A stretch of 64,000 nucleotides of DNA, taken from positions 142,290,001-142,354,000 of the forward strand of contig OX597818.1 of the NCBI GenBank assembly GCA_951406725.2, read 5' to 3'. Source of the stretch: Octopus vulgaris (taxonomy: Eukaryota). Below the pieces are notes generated by a model that was not told where the DNA came from, did not search any database, and saw nothing but the letters and a program-made list of their open reading frames with translations. Of this stretch, positions 53,923 to 64,000 are shown in pieces (the first letter of the stretch is position 1; each line of letters starts with the position of its first letter). Both the position numbers and the translations under genes were made by a program.

Positions 53923-55265
53923 GGTAGTGGTGGTAGTGGTGGCAGCATTATTTGATGTAGTTGTGATATAGGTGGTGGTTCAGAAGATTGTGGAGGTGTT
54001 GGTGTTGGTGGTGTTGGTGTTGGTGGTGTTGGTGGTGGTGGTGGTGGTGGTGGTGGTGGTGACGATGGTGGTGGTGCAGGAAAGGAGGAAAAGAGTCTGA
54101 GGAATCAACTAAAAGGGTGCATCTATTATTTTGGGTTAGTCAGAAGGGTGTGTGTGTGTGTGTGATAGAGAGAGAGAGAGGAATAGATGGGGGGTGTATA
54201 ATAAATAATTAAGAAGTGAGTTGGGCAGGGGTAAAATAGGAAAGGGTAAAGTTAAGAAGAAGAAGAAGAAGAGGAAGAAGGAGAAGAAGAAGTGGAGGAG
54301 GGGAGAGGAGGAGGAGCAATTTGGTACAAATTAAAGAAAAAGAGAGCTAATAGAGAGCAATAACGGTATAAAAAGAAAGACAAAGATAGATAGACAGATA
54401 GACAGATAGATAGATAGAGAGAGAGGGGAAGAGAGAGTAAAAGAGAAAGTGAAAAAATAAATCAGAGCAAGATGTGTATTTTGTGTGTGTGTGTGTGTGA
54501 CACGCGTACATAATTGTATGCAAGTTCTGGGAGTATTATAATGTGAATATGTGATGGTGTGTGTGTGTGGTGTGTGTGTGTGTGTGTGTAAATGATTATT
54601 GTTTTTGCTGTTTGTTTTTTTAACGTCTGAAGTGGGTGGGAATAAGAAAAGATGTGTGTGTGTGTGTGTGTGTAGGGGGGTTTAGGAGTGCCACATCAAA
54701 CTAATTCTGCTGTAATCACTGCAGAAATGAACAAGTGACTATTGTAATATAATTGCTGTTACTATTACTAATTCTTCTTCTTCTTCTTCGTCTCCTTTTA
54801 ATACTATTATTTTATGGCTGACTTTTCAACTAGTTTATGTGTGTATGTGTGATAGCAACTGATATATAAATAAAAAAATATATAAAAAGACTAACAGGAG
54901 GAGTTAGTAGACACCCACAGCCAAATTTACGGTAGTTTTATAAAAGAATAGATCTTTACCAAATTAAATTGGATGGTGGGGGGTTCTTGATCCATAATCT
55001 GAAAATGATAACTTAGCTTAATTTTGTGGTTGTTAGATTTATGAAATGGGTGAGTGGGATATTTCTGTCGCTTTACTCTTTTAGCTGTGTCAGTCTTTGG
55101 ACTTTGGCTGTGTTGGGGGTACTTTCTTGAAGGGGTTTTAAGTGATTGATCATATCAATCTGGGTACTTATTTTCAAGGCTGATACTTTTAGCAGTCTCT
55201 ATTTGTTGCACTATTAAGTTACAGGACATGAAAACACTTTTTTTTTGTGTGGTTAAGCTTTATCT

Positions 55266-55307
<42 letters not shown>

Positions 55308-55996
55308 GTATTTAATCGTTGATAGACATGCCCCAGTCTCTGCTTTCTGCGCTGCTAGAGTAATGGTGTTTGTTCTTCAGATCAAGCTGGTCTTCTACAA
55401 CCCACACTCAAGCACTCTTGAACTTATTTGCCTTGCTCTTCTCTCATTACCCATGTTGTGTCCAATTCCAACAGATTCCACTCTAACAATGCTAATCTTT
55501 CCTCCCCATAATAATAAACTCTCTGGAACCCACTCCTTATCCATGTCTTTTCTGTAGGTGTCAACTTGCAGTAGTTTAAGCAGAACATTAAGGACATAGA
55601 TCTCACTGGCCTTGGAGGGCATGTGAAGACCTAGCAAATAAGACACTCACACATATGCATGCACATGTGCACATACCCACATAGGCACACACACACACAA
55701 ACACACACACTCTCTCTCTCTCACACACTTATATCATTTGTTCATTGCTTTTGCACTGGTTTTCCTATGATAGCTAGCATGACTTAGATGGATATATATA
55801 TATATATTAGTGAAGTATTGATTTACAGCCAGATGCTCTTCCTGTCATTAACTCTTACTTGTTATTCAAGTAAGGGAGTTTTCATTCCATAAGTGTTTGA
55901 AATCAGAGGACTGGCTGTCCTCGGAAGTGTCATCATATGACAATGTCTGTAACTCAGCACAGCACAGAATGTGAATATTCACATGTTTGTACACAT

Positions 55997-56031
<35 letters not shown>

Positions 56032-56458
56032 GCTTTGCAAAATCATGGTTTCAGGTTCAGTCCCACAGTGCACTACTTTGGGAAGGTGTCTTGTACAATA
56101 ACCAATGGGTTCACCAAAGCTTTGTGAGTGAATTTGGTTGAGTGAAACTGTAAGAAACTGTGTGTTTGCAGGCGTGTTTACATGTGTGTGTGTGTGTGTG
56201 GGTGTGGTTGTGCACGCACATACATATTTCTGTGCGTATGTGTGCGCCTGTGCATTTATTCGTGTGAATATTAATATTTGACAGGTTCACTCGTCACTGT
56301 TTGAGGAAATTGGTGATGAAGTTTGTTTCTTGTTGACATTATAAGTAGTTGCTATGCACTTGCAAAAAATACCTTGCTTGGAAATCAGGTGACGATTAGC
56401 AACAGGGACGTCAATTAACTTCCACTCGATAGAATAAAATTAACACTTATATACAAAA

Positions 56459-56753
56459 CTAGCAGTATCGCCCGGCGTTGCTCGGGTTTGTAAGGGAAAT
56501 AACTATATAAGCATTTTTAGAGAGTTACAGCCAAAAAATAGCAAAAAAATGCATTAAAATGGAGAAAAATGATGGTAAATTGTTTTTAAAATCGTAGACT
56601 CATCGTAGACGCACGCTAATACCCAGAAGGGCTCGATATGAATCACGACTATAAGATACCCAGTTTTGGTGAAACTGCACCGCAAAATGTGGGAGTAGTT
56701 AGGAATCTAAATCGTAGGAGACAGACACACAACTTCACTTTTATATATAAAGA
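56459..56753 (-). mobile_element. Non-autonomous Helitron (295 bp)
   Basis: Minus strand: A|TCTTTATATATAAAA ... hairpin CCCGAGCAACGCCGGG, then CGATACTG-CTAG|T. Has 5' TC, 3' CTAG, an A/T insertion site and no TSD. Confidence 0.85.
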
Positions 56754-57978
56754 TATATACACAAACAACAAGCTTTTTCACAGTTCCCAACTGGCAATTT
56801 CACTCACAAGGTATTGGCTAGAGAAGAAAGCACTCATCCAAGATGCCATGCAGTGGGATTGAACCTGAAATCATGTGATTATAAAGCAAACTTTTTAACC
56901 AAGCAGCCATGCTTGTATCTGTTTATAGTCATATTTATTTTTATTTATTTTACTTATATTTATTTATTTTGCCTTTATTACACTCATTATCAATCATTTA
57001 TATTCACTGCAAGAATAAGCCAATGTAAGAGAAAGCAGCCTAATCTCCCTAAAATCACATATAATCCAGCTTAAAAGAAAAACAAATGGAAGGACATATT
57101 AGAGAATGTAGTCCTAGATACACGACAACAATGGGAATAAAGCCTTTAGTTACATCTCTACTTTATCGGGGTTGACCTAAGGTCAAAATAAACTACACCT
57201 CATTGCAGTAACAACAACAACAACAACTGCCTCTGCAGTAGCTGACAACAACAACAACAACTACTACTACTACTACTACTACTACAGTTAGTAACACTTG
57301 TAACCCTGCCATCATTGATGACATAACTGTGACAACTTACAACATCACTGAATATCATCGTCATCATCATTAATAACAACATTACCATCACTATAACCTA
57401 ACCATTGTCATAACCAAATCATTATATGCAAATACATGGAAGTTCATAGGACAATTCGATGAATTCATTCATATAAATAGACGTGTAGAATGTCAAGTTT
57501 CAAGGCCTTTACCTTCAGTCAGGAAATGACAAAGAAAGATACGAAATTTGTGGTGGAACCAGTTAGAGGCAAAATGTTGCATCCCTGCCACACATACACC
57601 TCAAGGCAAATTTTTTAAAAAGGGTTGTTTATTTTGCTGTATCCATGATTCACTATCTCAACTTCTGTGAGTTTTCCCCCAAATTACACCACCCCCCCTC
57701 CAGCTGGCAGTATTAATCTTGAATCCATCCCTGAAAGTGGTATTATTGAGCAGATCAAAGTCAAGCAATCTGTAGGCAAGTAAATGGTTTATTTGCCTAC
57801 GATGCAAGCAATAAGGACATTGCTTTTTTCTCTGTCACTCCATCTCAGATATAGCTTGGAATTTAAGATTCTTCACAGGACCTCAGAGAAAAATTTGGTA
57901 AAGTGGAACAGGACTGGCTTTAGACCCTACAAGTGATGAAATCTTAAAATTCAAGGAAACTGAGTTTTTATTTTTTAA

Positions 57979-58198
57979 CCCTTTCGTTACTGTATTTATT
58001 TTGAGATGTTCTGTGTTTCTTTCAATTACTTTAAATATAACATAGAATTTAGTAAAATAACTTAGTTATCATTCAGCTAGTGTTAGGAACATAAATTGTG
58101 ACTCAGGTTTGGTGGAAGATTTTTATTCAGAACTTATGAAAACAAGACATTTGTACTCAGAGCCAGAGGTGGTTTCAGCCGGGTTGGTAACAAAAGGG
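57979..58198. mobile_element. MITE family P1
   Basis: Colinear with 5281-5502; CCCTTT...AAAGGG ends. Confidence 0.8.
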
Positions 58199-58326
58199 TT
58201 ACGTAGACAGTTACAAGCCTCTCTTAGGTTTGCCAGGCCCTAGACTGATACATCAGTTAAACCACTTCCTTCCTACACACATATATACACATACATCTAT
58301 ATACGTCTATAAGTACACATATACCT

Positions 58327-58549
58327 ATTTCTTTATTACCCACAAGGGGCTAAACATGGAGGGGACAAACAAGGACAGACATAGGTATTAAGTCGATTAC
58401 ATCGACCCCAGTGCGTAACTGGTACTTAATTTATCAACCCCGAAAGGATGAAGGGCAAAGTTGACCCCGGCGAAATTTGAACTCACAACGTAACAGCAAA
58501 TGAAAGCATTTCGCCCGGCATGCTAACGTTTCTGCCAGCTCGCCGCCTT
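58327..58549 (-). mobile_element. SINE with CCTTCATCCTTTCGGGGTTGATAAATTAAGTACC core (Deu/Nin-domain-like), 14-bp TSD
   Basis: Perfect TSD GTACACATATACCT at 58313-58326 and 58550-58563. Related copies at ~37015-37255, 34645-34785, 4917-5125 and 29095-29275. Confidence 0.85.
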
Positions 58550-59089
58550 GTACACATATACCTGTAAACACATACACACCTTTTCATGCACATACATATA
58601 CATATATGCACATACAAGTATAGCTATATACAGATACAAACTCACATACATAAACACACATTTATGTATACATCTTTATACATACACATGTCCTGGCTTT
58701 GTTACTCTTCCTTACGACTGATCTTATCCAGCTATCCTATGAACAGATACTATAGACTACCATTGGTTTTCTGAGGTTCAGGATTTTGCTGCAAATGAAC
58801 ACAGGCTTCATATTTGAGTGAACAAGAGATGCCTCTACATGCTCACTCAACCTGCAAATAATAGCAGCCAAATCACCCTCAAATTACTCCTTACTGTCTT
58901 ACAAAAAAAAAAAAGAAAAGAAAAAATACACTGACTCATTGAATAACGTTGCCTTAGATGCAGTATGTCTGAGGGATCAGGTTGATATGTGACTGCTAGA
59001 ACACCTTTCATCATGGGGCTGCTTAATCAGAGCTAATTTGGATGGCATCTAAATAACAACAACAGCAACTATTATTGCCAACACTGTTA

Positions 59090-59325
59090 CCAGTGCTAAC
59101 ACGGCACCATCACATCTGTTAGTCAACATTTCAAACTTCTTACAAGTGTTGATTATCTAACAAGGGAACCAGCAGTATTATCGGTGCTAGCACACTATCA
59201 CACCTGTTAACTAACATTCCAAACCCCTTTACAGGTAATATAAAACAAGGCCTAAAACTTATCAGTGCTATCACACCTGTTAGCTGACATTCCAAACCCT
59301 TTACAGATTATCTAACAAGGGACCC
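59090..59325. repeat. Three-copy ~80-bp tandem repeat
   Basis: ATCACAYCTGTTARYYRACATTYCAAAC recurs near 59109, 59197 and 59269. Confidence 0.75.
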
Positions 59326-59696
59326 AACCCACCGGAACCAGAAATATTAATTTCCCCAACAACATTTTGCAATGAAATCTTTGCTTTTAGTAATGTGATA
59401 TCAATGACAGTGCATCCATATAGACACACACATGCGCACACACACACACACACACACCTATATATACACATATAGACACACACATTGCTTTACATATACA
59501 CACTTTTTATGTGCATGCATGTATATATACATACACACATCTATATACACATTCTTGCATACATGCATGTACACTAATCTATGCATGCACACAGACACAT
59601 GTAACACACACACACACACATTTATAGGCATGCACATATAAAAATGCTTATTTATCTCTATATAGATGCATGCACACATCCATACACATCTATATA

Positions 59697-59903
59697 CAGT
59701 GTGAGGCAGAAAAATCTTCCAAATTTTACACAGCCATTGGTGAGGCATTATCGAAGTTTGGAAAGTTGTAATGGTGTTTTCATGGTATGAAGGCCTTACT
59801 ATTTTTATTTTTTAGTTACCATCATGGTTTGGACTGGCGTAAAGTATGAAGTTAAAATGCTCATCAAGAATGGTGACTCTGAGATGATTTTTGCTGCACC
59901 CTG
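59697..59903. mobile_element. Degenerate Tc1/mariner-type MITE
   Basis: TA-CAGTGTGAGGCAGAAAAATC ... GATTTTTGCTGCACCCTG-TA: imperfect TIRs with TA flanks. Confidence 0.5.
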
Positions 59904-60768
59904 TACACATATACATGCACATCTATATATAGATGCAAGCACACACAAACACACACACATACATAGATAGTTATATATACACATGCATGTACAGACAGAC
60001 ATATATGCACATCCAGCAAAGCTTCTTGTGAAATCGAAGACAACTTCTGCATAATTGCCAACATAGCCACCATCACCACCACCATCACCACCACCTTTCT
60101 GCCACCCATTTCCCCATAATATTTATCACTCAGCATCCTCTTTCATCTCTAACGACCAGATTTATGTGTAAAAGGAACCCTAAAATTCATCATCATTGCA
60201 CCCCTTCCACCATCTTTGCACCTATTCTTATCATGCCGCTATCGTCAACATCATCATCATCATCATCCTCATCTTGATCATCACTTTTCAGAGTTAATCG
60301 AAAATTGAACCAGTAAACTTTTGTCATCATCATCATCACCATCATCATCTCTGCAACTACTACAAATATCTATCAACCACTATCACCACTACCACCACCA
60401 TCATCAGCAGCAGCAGCACCACAGCCAACACCACAACTACTACCACCTCCACAGCCAATACTTCTACCATAGCCAACACCATCACCACCACCTTCACCGT
60501 CATCATCACCACAGTTCTCATCTTATCAAACTTCCTCTGCATCACTACCATTATTGCTATCATCATCGTCATCATCATCATCATCATCACTACCACCTCT
60601 ACAATCACTTCTACCATCATCCCCGCCCCCACCATTATCACCCAACCAAGACTAATTCTACCCCCATCCCTCCCCTCCCCATTAATCTTAATCAATAAAA
60701 GCGTTTCACTTCTATCCAAAATATTGACAATTTATTGCGACAAATGCAATAAGAGGTGCACGACATAG

Positions 60769-60813
<45 letters not shown>

Positions 60814-61021
60814 CAAAAATGACACCGATGTTGGCTATGATGATGATGATGATGATGACAAAGACAAGAAGGACAGCAGTGATGATGATGCTGACAGGAA
60901 TCATGTTGAAGCTACTGCTGCTGCTGCTGAAGATGGCGATGATAACAATGGTGATGATGATATAATGCTTGGTACAAAGGAAACTGATTGAAAGTAACAG
61001 TCAGCTGCACATGATAGATCA

Positions 61022-61422
61022 AGAGAGGAGAGAGAGAGAGGAGACAGAGAGAGAGAGGAGACAGAGAGGGAGGAGACAGAGAGAGAGAGACAGAGAGAGA
61101 GGAGAGAGAGAGAGACAGAGAGAGAGAGGAGACAGAGAGAGAGAGGAGACAGAGAGAGAGAAGAGACAGAGACAGAGAGGAGACAGAGAGAGAGAGGAGA
61201 CAGAGAGAGAGAGGAGACAGAGAGGGAGGAGACAGAGAGAGAAGAGACAGAGAGAGAGAAGAGACAGAGAGAGAGAAGAGACAGAGAGAGAGAAGAGACA
61301 GAGAGAGAGAAGAGACAGAGAGAGAGAGGAGACAGAGAGAGAGAGGAGACAGAGAGAGAGAGGAGACAGAGAGGAGACAGAGAGAGAGAGGAGAGAGAGA
61401 GGAGACACAGAGAGAGAGAGAG
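61022..61422. repeat. Purine-rich GAGAGGAGACAGAGAGA minisatellite
   Basis: Direct reading; explains the spurious SL/RE-repeat ORFs. Confidence 0.95.
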
Positions 61423-63177
61423 TGTGTGTGTGTGCATGTGTGTGCGTGTGCATGCGTCTGCGTGTGTGGATGAGCTGAGACATCACTGAGCCGGCAGAGC
61501 CAGCCGATAATGGAGCTGATAGCAGACAGAAAACAAAACAACAAAACAGAAAAAAAAAGGAGAAATCAGAAACGGTAATATATTCAGTCAAGCAATGAAC
61601 ATTCGACTTATATTTCCATCCCAGACTCTTTTTCTTTCACTGCTTCTGGAAGATGGAGGGCATAAAAGGATTAGAAAGAAAGATGAGCCGATGGTGGCGC
61701 TGGGGAGAATTCTAAACAATGACAAATAATAACAGCAGCAGCAGCAAATGCAACAACAACAGCAATCACAACAACAATTGCCATGCTTTGTTGACAATGT
61801 GTCGGGTATCTGATAATTGTTTTGGGGCATGTCTGCGTTATTATATTTGTCATGTTATTAAATATTTTCCCTGGTTTCCCCTATCCAATGGTATATCCCC
61901 CTTTCTTACCCTCCACTAAAAACAAAACCCTCCAACATCTCTTTCTCTCTCTCTCTCCTTTTTTTGGGGGGTTCTTTTTATTTATCTATTTTTATTTCAT
62001 TTAGCCTGCTAAAATAATGGGAACATATAGGCAGTCAAGGATAACTGGTAAATCAATAAGACATCATGGCGATTTGTTGGTCAAACAGTCAACAGTACGT
62101 CACAATACAAACATTGTGCTCTGTCCATGGAATACAACACTTTCTAGTGTAGACCACGAGGCCATAAATAGATACAGCTTGCTGGTGGAAGCAAAAGAAG
62201 CTTTATTTAAGTGGTGTCAATTTTGTAGGCATATAGGGCTCAGTTCAAATCAGGCAATGGTCCAGAGGTAGTGAGCTCTATCAGTTAAACTTATTCCCTA
62301 AAGGAACAGGTTCTGCTAGGTTGGCTACTGTGTAAGGGATGGCTTATCCAGTAAGAACTTAGCTAGATATAATTACTACTGAAAAAGGAATGATTTGTTA
62401 TTGATGCTTCTTGTATAAAGAAGGGGATATCAATGTCAACAGCATTTTTAAGGGCCTCCTCTAACTGGAGGAATTGCAGTAATATGAACCTTACAATCTA
62501 CATCTCTTAACACCGAAATATAATTTTTCTTTATAGCCACAACTTTTGTGCCACTTGCACAGGATTCAATCAGCTACAAGTATTCTAATAGAAAGCAGAA
62601 AATATATTCATGCTATACATTCACTACAAGGTTAATGTGGTTAAAGATTTCAAGGAATTTGATGCAAATTAGTATTTGGAGTAAGAATAACCCCTAAAGA
62701 AATTAGTTTTAGGGTGGAAAGACTGAACAGAACGCTAATGTAATTAAAAGCACATAGACACTTGTATCCTATATCAGAACATAGAACATAGGAAAACAAA
62801 CGCAATCTGATTTAACACCTCCCTCCACTAATGTAATTATCATCATGACTATAGTGAGGAATCCTATATTTCTTGCAAGCGTTACTTTCTACCAACACAC
62901 AAATACTATAAGGTCTTTAGTGTGCATTAGTATTAAGGTTAGTAATTCATGCCAAGACAATATCACTTCCAGCATCACACACCACAATCAAAAACATACA
63001 GGAGTGCTGTATTCAGCATCAATCACATGACCCAGTGGTAGCCAGAGAAACCACATGGAGCTTATGCTAATAACTTCCAAGTGATGTTAAATCAGCCTCT
63101 ATATACCTTCAAGTCTGAGAATGAGGAGAATTCCACTTCTCAGTCTCACTTAATCAGGAAACACAGGGACTAATACT

Positions 63178-63503
63178 TTGGTCATGAATGACCATGGGAT
63201 TGAACCCAGAAAATTACTCTCCAAAACATATGTCCAGGCAAGTTTATTTATGAAAGACCAGCAGTTGCCCAAGCATACCAGCCTCCTCTCTCCACACCAC
63301 TGATTTTATCCAAGAGAAAGGCAAAGGCCAATACAGATTGGCACCAGTGGTGTCACAACTCATTTCTACAGCTGAGTGAACTGGAGCAATGTGAAATGAA
63401 ATATCTTGATCAAGAACACAACACACAGCCCAGTCTAGGAATTGAACTCCCTACCTCATGATTGTGAGCCCAACGCTCTAACTACTGAATCATGTGCCAT
63501 CAC
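63178..63503 (-). mobile_element. SINE: H3-like head + central domain + tail T4
   Basis: Colinear with 1505-1835. Confidence 0.8.
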
Positions 63504-63521
63504 TAAAACATCTGAAAAATT

Positions 63522-63905
63522 GTGGAAGCACTCCGTCGGTTACGACGATGAGGGTTCCGGTTGATCGGAATCAACGGAACAGCCTGCTTATGAAATTAAC
63601 GTGTAAGTGGCTGAACACTCCACAGACACGTGCACCCTTAACGTAGTTCTCGGGGATATTCAGCGTGACACAGAGAGTGACAAGGCCGGCCCCTTGAAAT
63701 ACAGGTACAACAGAAACAGGAAGTAAGAGTGAGAGAAAGTTGTGGTGAAAGAGTACAGCAGGGATCACCACCACCCCCTGCCGGAGCCTCGTGGAGCTTT
63801 AGGTGTTTTCGCTCAATAAACACTCACAACGCCCGGTCTGGGAATCGAAACCGCGATCCTATGACTGTGAGTCCGCTACCCTAACCACTGGGCCATTGCG
63901 CCTCC
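63522..63905 (-). mobile_element. SINE: head H2 + tail T3, with 14-bp TSD
   Basis: Perfect TSD ACATCTGAAAAATT at 63508-63521 and 63906-63919. A second copy lies at ~37530-37900. Confidence 0.9.
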
Positions 63906-64000
63906 ACATCTGAAAAATTACACATATAATAGATGAGTGTGAGTAAAACTGAGTAGCGAATGAGTGAATCACCAGCTATTCTTGGCGACTGAAATATGAT

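Noticed and set aside
61910-61915. Minus-strand 6-nt microexon (ttttAG|TGGAGG|GTAAGA)
   Set aside because: No frame context or supporting features; such motifs arise by chance in 64 kb of AT-rich DNA.

Overview
AT-rich eukaryotic genomic DNA, saturated with microsatellites and short retroposons. The repeat families resemble those of coleoid cephalopods (Octopus-like); this is inferred from recall, not a database match. Almost all listed ORFs are microsatellite or SINE artefacts. The window appears to be the intron-rich 5' part of one large minus-strand gene. It has one solid 956-nt coding exon (30336-29381; disordered Ser/Pro-rich protein with an IYEEI motif) and a candidate upstream start exon (52562-52538) in the matching phase. 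Three further candidate exons (21962-21885, 14695-14693, 7302-7117) all end in consensus phase-0 donors, suggesting an array of alternative N-termini spliced to a shared exon left of the window. The introns hold modular tRNA-derived SINEs that swap heads and tails, RTE and Tx1/L1 LINE fragments, a non-autonomous Helitron, and piggyBac/hAT/Tc1-type MITEs. They also hold several Penelope-type minimal hammerhead ribozyme motifs: one intact, one decayed inside a foldback, one core variant, and one partial motif apparently fused to a tRNA-derived head. SINE boundaries are approximate unless a TSD is cited.
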